Origin: a virus | IMG/VR virus record: IMGVR_UViG_3300044529_000082 | Coordinates: 8,299-72,298 of that record | DNA length: 64,000 bases | Strand: one strand, 5' to 3' | Shown: positions 1 to 9,455 of the stretch, piece by piece | Layout of the letters: the number at the start of each line of letters is the position of its first letter | Position numbering within the stretch: the stretch's first letter is position 1 | Position numbers and translations under genes: made by a program | Notes under the pieces: generated by a model | The model's database searches: none | Seen by the model: the letters and a program-made list of their open reading frames with translations, nothing else | What the model was told of the DNA's origin: nothing

Positions 1-1
1 T

Positions 2-166
2 TCTCGGGAGCGCTTTCTAGAGTGCCTGGAATGTAGCAGCTTTTTAGAGGGTGAATGCACCGCTTGTAATTGCCTTGTTCAAGCTAAAGTCATGCTGTCC
101 AGCGAGGAATGCCCCCGGGGGTTCTGGATGTCGGTTAAGATTCTCAATGACAAGAAGCGCCCCTGA
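2..166 (+). CDS. Partial Cys-rich (probable Zn-binding) phage protein, 5' truncated
   Basis: Frame 2 reads SRERFLECLECSSFLEGECTACNCLVQAKVMLSSEECPRGFW...KKRP*, a CxxC...CxxCxC...K...CPxGxW pattern common in small phage proteins. Confidence 0.6.
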   Translation, partial: SRERFLECLECSSFLEGECTACNCLVQAKVMLSSEECPRGFWMSVKILNDKKRP

Positions 167-167
167 C

Positions 168-177
168 GTAACTGTTA
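168..177 (+). promoter_or_regulatory. GTAACTGTTA motif, putative late promoter
   Basis: Intergenic, upstream of portal; same motif recurs before other + strand genes. Confidence 0.55.
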
Positions 178-212
178 GATACAATGAATTTTTGTGCCCT
201 TGAAGGATATCT

Positions 213-2360
213 ATGGCTGATGGAATGAGCGACCCCGGCGGTTTGATGGGTCCCGGGGGCATCACAAACCAGGATGCCGGGCAGAATTATACCGGCGCCA
301 TCATCGCGTCCCCGAAGCTGGATTCGAAGTTCGAGCCCACGCAGCGAAGTGTGACCAGTGCCGCAATGGGACGAGACATTATTCGCACTGTAATCATGGC
401 GAGCCGGAATCGGTCCATCGTCAATAGCCGCATCCTGGCGAAGATTAACGCGGAGCGGCCTTATGATGCGTATAAGCTCGAAGCGGAGGGTCTGGGCTGG
501 CGCTCCAATTTCACAACCAAGCCCCTGCCCACAATGGCCGAGAAAGTGGCGCCGCGATTTTATTCCGTCATCGACAACCTGAAGTATTTCACAAGCGCAT
601 CTCTATCCGATAAGTGGCAGAACAATGTTGAAAAAACTGAAACGTTTCGGCGCGAAGTTACTGATACGATTCGAAATCGTAAAGGCTGGCGCATGTTTAT
701 CGAGTCACTGGCCTTTAATAACGCGATTTTTGGGTATTCCATAGCGGCGTGGCTGGACCAGTGGACTTGGTTCCCAAAGATGTTCGAGCAGGAGAACGCT
801 TTCGCCGCAGACGGCACTAAGTCGGACCCAACATACGCGCAGATTCTCGTCTTAAAAGAGGAATTGTTGCCGCACGAGCTTTTCCTCCAGGTCAAGGAGG
901 CCGGAGACTTGGCGGATGACGCTGGGTATTTCAAGGACGCGGTTCGCGAAGCCATAGACACCGCAAGCCCGATGCAGATTCGAGACCGGCTCAATGTCGG
1001 CGGGACTTTGGAAACGTGGTATCAGAACGCGTTGCGAGAGCTGACCATCGGCGCTAGCTACATGGCCGGTAACTCGGTCATCGTGGTTTACAACTTGTAT
1101 GCGCGCGAGGTAACGGGCAAGGTAAGCCATTATCGTTTCGCAGGGCCGGGGCTGCACCTGATTCAGCAGGTGGAAGACCAGTTTCCGACGATGAATGACG
1201 CGACTGCATTTTTCTCGTTCCAACGCGGAAACGGCACGCTTCACGGTTCGAAAGGCATAGGCCGGGACCTGTATGAAATGGCCGGGATGATTGACCGCAT
1301 CCGAAACGAAGTGGTGGACCGGCTAATAATGTCCGGCAAGGTTTTGGTGCAGGGCGACATCAAGCGCATTCACACGTTTCGGATGAACGTGGTTGGCGCG
1401 TCGCTGGTAATTCCGACCGGCTGGCAGGTTCTTGAACAGAAGCTCGACGGCAATGTTGACCCGTTCATCAAGCTAGACGCCTACATGAACCAGCTCATTG
1501 ACCAGCTCGTGGGCTCAGTATCAGTCCCGCAAATGAGCGGCGCGGGCGAGGCTTTTCGTTCTCCCGCCGCGTGGAATCTTCTCGCCTCGCGGCAGCAGGA
1601 AGGGCAAGACGTCCGTATTGTCCGATTCATGGAGCAATTTGCGGCCATGATGCAAGGTTTTCAGCGGCGCCTGTGCGACAAAGAAACGATTGACGACGAC
1701 GCGAAAGCGATGCAGGCGCGCCTTCTCAAGGTGATGACGCGCGAGGAGCTGGACGAGCTTGCTGCGTGTTCCACCGCAGGCACCGTAAATGATTTGACTC
1801 CGGTCGAGCGACAGATGATTGTCGCGCTCGCGCAGGAGAAAAAAGGCAACCCGCTTTACAACCAGAGGCAGCTCGAAATCGAAGACGTAACGGCGCGAAT
1901 CAATGCGGACTTCGCGCAGCGGGTGCTGCTGCCGGAGAATGACCCCACGGTTCAGGCCGAGCAGTCTCGCGAGCAGGACCTGGAAACCATGCTGCTCAGT
2001 TCCGGACACGCGGTCGCGGTTTCTCCGCGGGACAATCACCTTATTCACTTGCAGGAACTGATGCCGGATGCCGAGCAGCTCGCGTCCCAGATGATGCAAG
2101 GGCAGTTCCAATTACCAGTGCTCGAAGCGGTTCTTGCCCACGTGAACGAGCATTATCAGCAGGCCATCGCGCAGGGAACAAAGAAAGAAGTGCTCGCGGA
2201 AGTGGCCGACTTCGTCAAGAAGATTGGCCCGGCCCTTCAGAAGCTCACCGAAATTGAGCAGCAGAAACAGCAGCTCCAGCAGCAAGCATCCGCGATGCAG
2301 CAGCAGCAAGCACCACCCGACAACGTAGTTCAAATGCCGCAATCTCCACCCCAACAATAA
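213..2360 (+). CDS. Portal (head-tail connector) protein
   Basis: 715 aa, first gene of the virion module, helical with a Q-rich C-terminal tail as in podovirus portals; called from position and size. Confidence 0.7.
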   Translation: MADGMSDPGGLMGPGGITNQDAGQNYTGAIIASPKLDSKFEPTQRSVTSAAMGRDIIRTVIMASRNRSIVNSRILAKINAERPYDAYKLEAEGLGWRSNFTTKPLPTMAEKVAPRFYSVIDNLKYFTSASLSDKWQNNVEKTETFRREVTDTIRNRKGWRMFIESLAFNNAIFGYSIAAWLDQWTWFPKMFEQENAFAADGTKSDPTYAQILVLKEELLPHELFLQVKEAGDLADDAGYFKDAVREAIDTASPMQIRDRLNVGGTLETWYQNALRELTIGASYMAGNSVIVVYNLYAREVTGKVSHYRFAGPGLHLIQQVEDQFPTMNDATAFFSFQRGNGTLHGSKGIGRDLYEMAGMIDRIRNEVVDRLIMSGKVLVQGDIKRIHTFRMNVVGASLVIPTGWQVLEQKLDGNVDPFIKLDAYMNQLIDQLVGSVSVPQMSGAGEAFRSPAAWNLLASRQQEGQDVRIVRFMEQFAAMMQGFQRRLCDKETIDDDAKAMQARLLKVMTREELDELAACSTAGTVNDLTPVERQMIVALAQEKKGNPLYNQRQLEIEDVTARINADFAQRVLLPENDPTVQAEQSREQDLETMLLSSGHAVAVSPRDNHLIHLQELMPDAEQLASQMMQGQFQLPVLEAVLAHVNEHYQQAIAQGTKKEVLAEVADFVKKIGPALQKLTEIEQQKQQLQQQASAMQQQQAPPDNVVQMPQSPPQQ

Positions 2361-2379
2361 ACAAAAAGGTTCCCCACCT

Positions 2380-2700
2380 ATGGAAATTTCCGCAGACCCC
2401 CTGGCCTGGACGACGCTCGATAGCGACTCGCTCGCCAAGTTTCTTGACACGGAAACCGGCAAGCGGCTGGTTCCCAAACTGGCAGACGCGTCCCCTACGC
2501 TTTTCGACCGAGGAGACACTAACGCGTTGCTGATTCGCACCGGCGAGGTCCGGGGCGTGCAGATTATCTTGCGTGAGATTTTGATGCTCGCGCATCCGCC
2601 CCCGCCGATGAAGCCAACAGACTCCAACTATCCGCCCCCGGAAGACGATTCCAAATGGGACGGCCCAAAAATCAACGACCCGTCGCCCGGATTGCTATGA
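2380..2700 (+). CDS. Hypothetical protein
   Basis: 106-aa ORF between portal and scaffold, stop overlaps the next ATG. Confidence 0.65.
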   Translation: MEISADPLAWTTLDSDSLAKFLDTETGKRLVPKLADASPTLFDRGDTNALLIRTGEVRGVQIILREILMLAHPPPPMKPTDSNYPPPEDDSKWDGPKINDPSPGLL

Positions 2701-2753
2701 GACTGATTACTCTCACGCAGGGAAAGTTTGCTAAAGTCGCAACCAAAAAATAA
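2697..2753 (+). pseudogene. 18-aa remnant of an HNH-AP2 homing endonuclease N-terminus
   Basis: MRLITLTQGKFAKVATKK*; matches the IxLTQGKxAxV start typical of phage HNH-AP2 endonucleases. Confidence 0.5.
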
Positions 2754-2756
2754 ATT

Positions 2757-4115
2757 ATGCCAGAAATCGCAGGACAAGCACCGGCGCCCCTTCCTACCGC
2801 GGAAGAAGTGGCGGCACACAATGCGGCAATCAAAGCTAAAGTCGCGTCGCAGGATGCGGCGGGCGACCCAAAGCCCGACCCGATAGAGCAGAAGTCGGCC
2901 GGGGACGCACTAGACGCCCTGGCGCAGCAGCTCGAAAAGAAGAAGCCCGACGAGCAGGAACCTCCTGCCTCGGCTTCCGCTCCCGCTCCCGCTCCCGAGG
3001 CAGATGACGCGGCCGCCAAGGCCGCCGCGGCTAAGGCAGAGGAAGAGAAAGCCGCGCGCGAAGCTGAGTTGAAAAAAGCGGACGATTTTTTCAAAGATGC
3101 TCCCTCGCTGCCCCAGGGCGCCTCTGTAAAATCGCACGAGGCGTTTTCGTCAATCAAGGTCAAGGCCGCTCAGGAAATTAGCAAGCTTTCCGAGGAGCTG
3201 GAGAAGGCCCGGAAGGAATTGGAAACGCACAAACAATCGGCTGGCAAGGCTACGCCCGAGCAGGAGCAGCTCGCGAAGGAAAATGAGGAGCTGAAGAAAT
3301 GGCGCGCCAAGCTGGACGTGGAATTCGACCCGAAGTTCAAGGAGTATGACACCGAGGCGGAGCAGAGCCGCGAGTTCATCTACGCGCAATTGCGGAAGTC
3401 TTCGGCAATCACTCCAGCCACGATTGAGAAAATTAAGCAGCTCGGCGGCCCGGACAAAATCCAGATGAAACCGGTGCTGGATGCCTTGAACGACACCACC
3501 ACGCAGCGGCTGGTTGAGGCGAAGCTGGCGGATATTGAAATGGCCAAGTATAAAAAGGAGCAGGCCGTCACGCAGTCCAAAACGAATATCGAGCAATACA
3601 TGACCGCGCGGCAGGAGGAGCTGACCAAGGCTTCGACGGCCGCCTTTGAAGAGACCCGAAAAGAGCTTGATGGGCTGTGGAAGGAGCTTCCGTGGACCAA
3701 GCCCCTGGCCCCTAAGCAGGGCGCTACTGAAGCAGAGAAGACTCAAATAGACAATCACAACAAGTTTGTCGAGAGCATGCGCAAGGAACTGGACACGGCT
3801 GCCCAGGATAACAGCCCGCGCATGAAGGCGACCATGTTGACCGCTGTGGCGCAGCTTTTCAATCTTCAGGAGAACCACAAAAATCTGAAGGAAGCGCACG
3901 CAAAGCTCGAAAAGGAAGTCACGGAGCTCCGAACCTTCAAGGACAAAATAAAGGGCGCCACTCGTTCGCGGCTGCCCGAATCCCAGGCCCCGGCCAGCGG
4001 CGCCGCCTCAGTTCAGAAGCCCGTGAACCAGTTCAATACGCCTGCCACCGAAGGGCTCGACGCCCTCGCGCGGCAGGTTATGGCGGAGAGGGCCGCTAAG
4101 GCAGGTCGTGCGTGA
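2757..4115 (+). CDS. Probable capsid scaffolding protein
   Basis: 452 aa, charged, coiled-coil and Pro/Ala-rich, located between portal and capsid. Confidence 0.6.
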   Translation: MPEIAGQAPAPLPTAEEVAAHNAAIKAKVASQDAAGDPKPDPIEQKSAGDALDALAQQLEKKKPDEQEPPASASAPAPAPEADDAAAKAAAAKAEEEKAAREAELKKADDFFKDAPSLPQGASVKSHEAFSSIKVKAAQEISKLSEELEKARKELETHKQSAGKATPEQEQLAKENEELKKWRAKLDVEFDPKFKEYDTEAEQSREFIYAQLRKSSAITPATIEKIKQLGGPDKIQMKPVLDALNDTTTQRLVEAKLADIEMAKYKKEQAVTQSKTNIEQYMTARQEELTKASTAAFEETRKELDGLWKELPWTKPLAPKQGATEAEKTQIDNHNKFVESMRKELDTAAQDNSPRMKATMLTAVAQLFNLQENHKNLKEAHAKLEKEVTELRTFKDKIKGATRSRLPESQAPASGAASVQKPVNQFNTPATEGLDALARQVMAERAAKAGRA

Positions 4116-4522
4116 GCCCGGAAGAAAAAGAATCGTGGAGTCGCGTCGAAGCTTACTGGGAGCGCAATGTTTCTTGGGAGGAAACTTTGCGGGCGGTTCG
4201 AATTCGTTGGCGGAATCCGCGCGAATGGAGACATACGGTCGCTAGGATTCGGCACTGGTGGATTTTTCGATTGGGGAATCCCGGCAAGTTTTTTAAGTCA
4301 AACACGCACCCGCATTTCGGCAGCCCACAACCGGGCGATGAAGAGGCGGATATAATGCCCGGGTTCGGCATTCCCAGGGAAATTTATATAGCGTTCCCAA
4401 CAGTAGTCCACATCGGCGACTCGCGGTTTCCTACTCTTTTGGAAGGAGACACGCTTGAAGGAATTGCGAAAATAGCGGACGAGCGAAAGGCCGCAAAGCT
4501 TCGGGACGGACGGTGCCCATGA
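4112..4522 (+). CDS. Hypothetical protein
   Basis: 136 aa, GTGA/ATGA overlaps with both neighbours. Confidence 0.5.
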   Translation: MSPEEKESWSRVEAYWERNVSWEETLRAVRIRWRNPREWRHTVARIRHWWIFRLGNPGKFFKSNTHPHFGSPQPGDEEADIMPGFGIPREIYIAFPTVVHIGDSRFPTLLEGDTLEGIAKIADERKAAKLRDGRCP

Positions 4523-5364
4523 GTGATATCGCAATTTCATCGCCGCCCGTTTCGGTCCTCTCGTTCGGAAAGCGAGTGCTGATTGGGATGCCCTGGCAGA
4601 AGGTCACCAATCCGCTAACCGCGTTCTGTGTTAGCCGACTGGTGGACACCCGCAGGTGCGCCCTGACGCTCAATCACGGGGACGCATTCGTGGCCCACAC
4701 TCGAAATGCAATCGTGGACGTTTTCCTGCGGTCCGACCTTGAGTGGCTCTTGACAATCGATGACGACATGATTTTGCCTACGGGAAACGCAAAGGTCTTC
4801 CGCACCTACACCGGATGGAACGTGCCAGAGCCCTTCGCCTCGTTCCATGCGCTCGACCGGCTGATGTCTCACGGGAAAACCCTAGTCGGAGCGCTCTACT
4901 TCGGGCGGCAGGGGCTGAACAGCCCGCCCGTGTATAGCGAGGGAATGAGCGACAAGGATGAGGCGGCCTACGCGCGTAAAGGCTGGCGAGACCAAGTCAA
5001 GCTCACGCGCTGGGTCGGAACCGGCTGCATGCTCGCGCACCGAAGCGTTTTCGAGGCGATTGAAAAGCGGTTTCCCACCCTCGCGCGCACCGCGGAGCAC
5101 GGCGGCAACTGGTTTTCGTCCACTGAGGCAAGCTTGCGAACGAGTGTCGAAAAGGTCAGTGATGATTTGCTGGCTAACCTCACTCCGGCGGGCGCACACA
5201 AGGCGGCGACCGATTTGATTTCTGCCCTCGCGCACGCGAAGGCGGACAACCCGGTCGGTTGCGGTGAGGACGTCGCATTCTGCTTGCGCGCCGCGGCCTG
5301 CGGGCACCCGGCGCACGTGGACATGGGCTTGCGTTGCGGCCACCTTGGAACTTTCTGCTTTTAA
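4519..5364 (+). CDS. Glycosyltransferase, GT-A fold (GT2-like)
   Basis: VAHTRNAIV, LLTIDDDM (DxD), GTGCMLAHRSVF, GEDVAFCLRA and HVDMGLRCGH motifs. Confidence 0.8.
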   Translation: MSDIAISSPPVSVLSFGKRVLIGMPWQKVTNPLTAFCVSRLVDTRRCALTLNHGDAFVAHTRNAIVDVFLRSDLEWLLTIDDDMILPTGNAKVFRTYTGWNVPEPFASFHALDRLMSHGKTLVGALYFGRQGLNSPPVYSEGMSDKDEAAYARKGWRDQVKLTRWVGTGCMLAHRSVFEAIEKRFPTLARTAEHGGNWFSSTEASLRTSVEKVSDDLLANLTPAGAHKAATDLISALAHAKADNPVGCGEDVAFCLRAAACGHPAHVDMGLRCGHLGTFCF

Positions 5365-6098
5365 TGCCTGGAAAATTGCTAATCGCTCTACAGTTTTGGG
5401 ACGGAGACCGAGCCCAGGCCCTCGAATTGTCCAGATTCTTGGCCGACTTGGAACCCAAGCATTGTGATTTAGCGGATTTGGTGCTGGTGCATAGGAAAGA
5501 TTGCCGCGCGCCGAGCGAGGTAATCTCGCACGTGTCACGAAAGTTCAATACGCGCATTTATCACAGCCAAAAAAGCGAAGTCGGATGGCCGCAGGGCTGC
5601 AATGCGCTCATGGAAGCGACCCTTGAATGGGCCTATTGCCTCATGGACGCGAACCGGCTCCCTCGATACAAGGCGATTTTCTTGTGTGAGGCGGACGGGG
5701 GACCCGTTTCCCGGGACTGGATTGCCAAAATGTCGAACGCGTGGGACGAAGCGAGCCGCCGCAAGCCGGTCGTCATCGCCGGTCCGCTAGTTTACGGCCC
5801 CTCGGAGCACATAAACGGCAACTGTATGCTGACCGGCGACCTGAATTTCCTCCGCTGGATGGTCCGCGGCCCCCGGCAGCACACCGCGGGCGGATGGGAC
5901 TACGTTATGTGGCCGATTTTCAAGCAAAAAGGTGCTGCAAATATTCTCGGCATGCGAAGCTATTACGCCACGCCGCATTTTTCGCTCGAACAGTATCACC
6001 AGATGCAAAATGAGGACTTGATTTGGTGCCATGGCGATAAATCGGGAGATTTAGTTAAATGGGGGAGACAGGAATTGCTGAATTATCCAAACCTATGA
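5364..6098 (+). CDS. Putative glycosyltransferase
   Basis: GWPQGCN, FLCEADGGP (ExD), HINGNCM and GGWDY motifs; coupled to sugar-nucleotide genes. Confidence 0.5.
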   Translation: MPGKLLIALQFWDGDRAQALELSRFLADLEPKHCDLADLVLVHRKDCRAPSEVISHVSRKFNTRIYHSQKSEVGWPQGCNALMEATLEWAYCLMDANRLPRYKAIFLCEADGGPVSRDWIAKMSNAWDEASRRKPVVIAGPLVYGPSEHINGNCMLTGDLNFLRWMVRGPRQHTAGGWDYVMWPIFKQKGAANILGMRSYYATPHFSLEQYHQMQNEDLIWCHGDKSGDLVKWGRQELLNYPNL

Positions 6099-7018
6099 AC
6101 AAAAATAGCACAGTTTTTGTGACAGGGCATCGCGGACTCGTGGGGAGCGCCGTTTGCCGCGCGCTTACCGCCCAGGGCTTCACAAACATACTCACGGCGA
6201 CGCGCCAGGAGGTAGATTTGAGCGACCCCGTTCGGACCGAGACATTTTTTCACACCCGGCGACCGGAATACGTGATTCACTGCGCGGCCAAAGTGGGCGG
6301 CATCGTTTTTCACTCGAATAATCCGGTTTCGGCCATGTCCGAGAATCTTTTCATCAACGAAAATGTGATTCACTCCGCGGCTTGCACGAACGTAAAGAAG
6401 CTTTTGTTTCTGGGGTCCGCGTGCGCCTATCCCAGGCTAGCGGAAGTCCCAATCAAAGAGTCTTCACTGCTCTCCGGCTCGCTTGAGCCGAGCAACGAGG
6501 GGTATGCGCTGGCTAAAATTGTCGGCATCCGCCTGTGCCAGTATTATAAGCGCGAGCAGGGCAAGAATTTCATTTCGTGCATGCCCACGAATGTTTATGG
6601 GGTCGGTGATAATTACGATTTGAATAATTCTCACGTGCTGCCTGGAATGATGCGGCGCATGTATGCATGCAAGCTCGAAGGCGCGGCGGTAAAGCTGTGG
6701 GGAACCGGGACGCCCACGCGTGAATTTATTTTGTCGGACGATTTGGCACGCGCCTGTCTAGTGCTGATGGAAAAATATGATGGGGAGGAAACGGCGAACA
6801 TCGGCACCGGCGACGAAATCGCGCTCTCTTTTCTGGCGAAGCAGATAGCACGAACAATTGGATTTGCGGGCGAAATCAAGTGGGACCACTCGAAGCCGGA
6901 CGGAACGCCCCGGCGGTTTCTCGACTCCTCGAAAATTTTTCAGCTCGGATGGCGACCGCAGGTAACCTTAGAAGCGGGGATTAAACTGGCGTATGAGGAC
7001 TTTTTACAGAGGATATAA
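6095..7018 (+). CDS. fcl: GDP-L-fucose synthase
   Basis: [71 protein letters not shown]. Confidence 0.95.
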   Translation: MNKNSTVFVTGHRGLVGSAVCRALTAQGFTNILTATRQEVDLSDPVRTETFFHTRRPEYVIHCAAKVGGIVFHSNNPVSAMSENLFINENVIHSAACTNVKKLLFLGSACAYPRLAEVPIKESSLLSGSLEPSNEGYALAKIVGIRLCQYYKREQGKNFISCMPTNVYGVGDNYDLNNSHVLPGMMRRMYACKLEGAAVKLWGTGTPTREFILSDDLARACLVLMEKYDGEETANIGTGDEIALSFLAKQIARTIGFAGEIKWDHSKPDGTPRRFLDSSKIFQLGWRPQVTLEAGIKLAYEDFLQRI

Positions 7019-7020
7019 AA

Positions 7021-7977
7021 ATGAGCAAACGAGCTTTTGTTACCGGGCTTACTGGCCAGGACGGGGCGTATTTAGCCAAACTTTTATTGGACAAGGATTA
7101 CGAAGTTCATGGACTGATTCGCCGCTCCAGCGTGGACAATCTCTCACGGTTGGGTCCTCTGGCGTCCCAGTTGCAGCTACACTATGGAGACCTGGGCGAC
7201 TCTGGCTCGCTGGTTCGGGCGCTACGGAAAGCGCAACCCGATGAGGTTTTCAATCTCGGGGCCATGTCACATGTCGGCGTATCGTTCGACAACCCCGAAT
7301 ATACGGTGGACGTGACTGGCGCCGGAGCTATCCGTCTGCTCGAAGCGGTTCGCGACACCTGCCCGAACGCGCGCTTTTATCAGGCCAGCTCCTCCGAAAT
7401 GTTCGGCTCGACCCCGCCGCCTCAGAACGAGGAAACCCCGTTTCATCCGCGCAGCCCTTACGGATGCTCGAAGGTATTCGCCTATTGGGCCGCCGTGAAC
7501 TATCGAGAGTCCTACGGCATGTTCGTCAGCAATGGGATTCTGTTCAACCACGAGAGCCCCCGGCGCGGCGAGACTTTTGTTACGCGCAAAATTACGCGCG
7601 CGGTCGCCAATATCCACCTGGGCCGACAAAATAAGCTCCTGCTCGGGAATCTGCGCGCCCGGCGAGATTGGGGATTCGCGGGAGATTTCGTGAACGCAAT
7701 GTGGCTGATGCTCCAGCACGACACACCGGACGATTTCGTGGTCGCGACGGGCGAAATGCACACGGTCGCTGAATTCTGCGAGGCGGCTTTTAGTGTCGTG
7801 GCCCTCGACTGGCGCGAACACGTTCAGTCTGATGCGGCGCTGTTTCGCCCGGCCGAAGTGGACGCGCTCCAGGGAGACAGCACGAAGGCCCGGCAGCTCC
7901 TGGGATGGCAGCCTAAAGTCAGCTTTTCTGAACTGGCCAAAATGATGGTCGAATCCGATATTGAATCGCTCGCATGA
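7021..7977 (+). CDS. gmd: GDP-mannose 4,6-dehydratase
   Basis: [71 protein letters not shown]. Confidence 0.96.
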   Translation: MSKRAFVTGLTGQDGAYLAKLLLDKDYEVHGLIRRSSVDNLSRLGPLASQLQLHYGDLGDSGSLVRALRKAQPDEVFNLGAMSHVGVSFDNPEYTVDVTGAGAIRLLEAVRDTCPNARFYQASSSEMFGSTPPPQNEETPFHPRSPYGCSKVFAYWAAVNYRESYGMFVSNGILFNHESPRRGETFVTRKITRAVANIHLGRQNKLLLGNLRARRDWGFAGDFVNAMWLMLQHDTPDDFVVATGEMHTVAEFCEAAFSVVALDWREHVQSDAALFRPAEVDALQGDSTKARQLLGWQPKVSFSELAKMMVESDIESLA

Positions 7978-8696
7978 ACCCAGATACAGCCGTTGTTGCG
8001 TTTGGATATTCCGGAGACGCGCACCAGATTTTCCTTCTGATGCCATATTATTTGCACCACAAGTGCCCGGTAGTTGTCATGTCTCCCAGCGATTCGCCAA
8101 TCGCGCGAAAAGACACAGACCGCATTTTTTTCCGGCAAGCAGGCAAGCGAGCTTACACCGGGCAGGACTCGCTCGACCGGCAGGTCCTTCAGATGAAGCG
8201 GCTGCTAGAAGAATTCCCGCATAGATTTTTTCTCTTCAACGATTCGGATTCGGTCTGCTTGTCGCCCCACCTTCCGCAGTATCTCTACAACGCGCACGAT
8301 ACGGTCTGGAGCAACGAGGTCTCAGACATGATGCACGTGCGAACGGACCCGGCGTATCCATGGCCCAGGCTCGCATTCCAGCCGCCCTACTTCGTCTCCC
8401 GGGAGACCGTCGGGGCGTGGATTAAAGCGGCCGATGAAGTCAAGGCCGACCCGCAGACCCCGTTCCTCGATTGGTTTTTTATGGCAGCCACAATCCGCGC
8501 AGGTCTGAAGCATTCCAGCTTTTTGAATGGCGAGGGCGTGAGTTGCCCGACACGCGGGTATGAGCCCGGATGCCAAGCCATGGAAAATGCGGTGAAGAAC
8601 CACCGAGCCATTTTCTTGCATTCCATCAAGGACAAGCAGGCGCTGCTCCGGATGGCGCATGCGCGGCTGGCTTGCAAGAAAAAGTTCAAGCTTTAG
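7974..8696 (+). CDS. Putative glycosyltransferase
   Basis: [11 protein letters not shown] (DxD after a hydrophobic strand), C-terminal FLHSIK; coupled to gmd. Confidence 0.5.
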   Translation: MNPDTAVVAFGYSGDAHQIFLLMPYYLHHKCPVVVMSPSDSPIARKDTDRIFFRQAGKRAYTGQDSLDRQVLQMKRLLEEFPHRFFLFNDSDSVCLSPHLPQYLYNAHDTVWSNEVSDMMHVRTDPAYPWPRLAFQPPYFVSRETVGAWIKAADEVKADPQTPFLDWFFMAATIRAGLKHSSFLNGEGVSCPTRGYEPGCQAMENAVKNHRAIFLHSIKDKQALLRMAHARLACKKKFKL

Positions 8697-8743
8697 CGCA
8701 AAAAGGCATTGCGTAAGCCGTCTTTTTGTGCAACTATTAGCGG

Positions 8744-9241
8744 ATGACAAAATGCTGCAATAAATGTGGTCTTGAAAAGCCGCTATTGGAATTTCGGATA
8801 TGCGCTGTGCGCGGAACCGATTACGTGCGAGGAGGCTGTCGAGAATGTGAACGAAAAGCCCGGGCCGCACAATATGCGGCCAATCCTGAAAAGGCGGCAG
8901 CGGCGGCCAGAAAATGGTCAAGAGAGCATCCTGAGAAGCGAAACGCTACCAAGCGCAGGTGGCGCCAAAACAATCCAGATAAGCATAAAAATGCCGTGTT
9001 GAAACGCACTTATGGCATTTCGTTGGAACAGTATAACCAGATTCTGGCCGCTCAAGGGGAAGTGTGTGGCATCTGTATGTCTGCTACCGTTAGCAATTGC
9101 GGGAGGAGATTAAGCGTTGACCACAATCACGAAACGGGAAAAGTTCGAGGGCTTCTGTGTGGTCGATGTAACAGTATGCTGGGGTTTATAGACGAGCATC
9201 CGGGCACTTTGGAGCGAGCCGCGGCCTGGATTAAAAAGTAA
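8744..9241 (+). CDS. Endonuclease VII-family (HNH-like) homing endonuclease
   Basis: CNKC...CREC N-terminus; YGISLEQY, QGEVCGIC, LSVDHNHETGKVRGLLCGRCNSMLG. Confidence 0.9.
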   Translation: MTKCCNKCGLEKPLLEFRICAVRGTDYVRGGCRECERKARAAQYAANPEKAAAAARKWSREHPEKRNATKRRWRQNNPDKHKNAVLKRTYGISLEQYNQILAAQGEVCGICMSATVSNCGRRLSVDHNHETGKVRGLLCGRCNSMLGFIDEHPGTLERAAAWIKK

Positions 9242-9259
9242 TTTGAATTACAGCATTAG

Positions 9260-9294
9260 AAAAGCGCCACACTTTTTTGTGTGGCGCTTTTTTT
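9260..9294 (+). terminator. Rho-independent terminator
   Basis: aaaagcgccacac / gtgtggcgctttt stem followed by a T run. Confidence 0.8.
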
Positions 9295-9302
9295 ATGCGC
9301 AG

Positions 9303-9311
9303 GTAACTGTT
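9303..9311 (+). promoter_or_regulatory. GTAACTGTT motif, putative late promoter of the capsid gene
   Basis: Directly after the terminator, about 145 nt upstream of the capsid ATG. Confidence 0.55.
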
Positions 9312-9455
9312 TAGTGAGTCTAACACCCGCCGAGACTCAGTGGGAATCGGCCTTACTAAATCTGCTGGAGTGGCCAACGGTAGAAGCTGTGTTGCGCAGT
9401 GAAACTTGCAACAACTCTTGGAGAGAGTAACAATCTCCGATAGACAGTTTTTACT

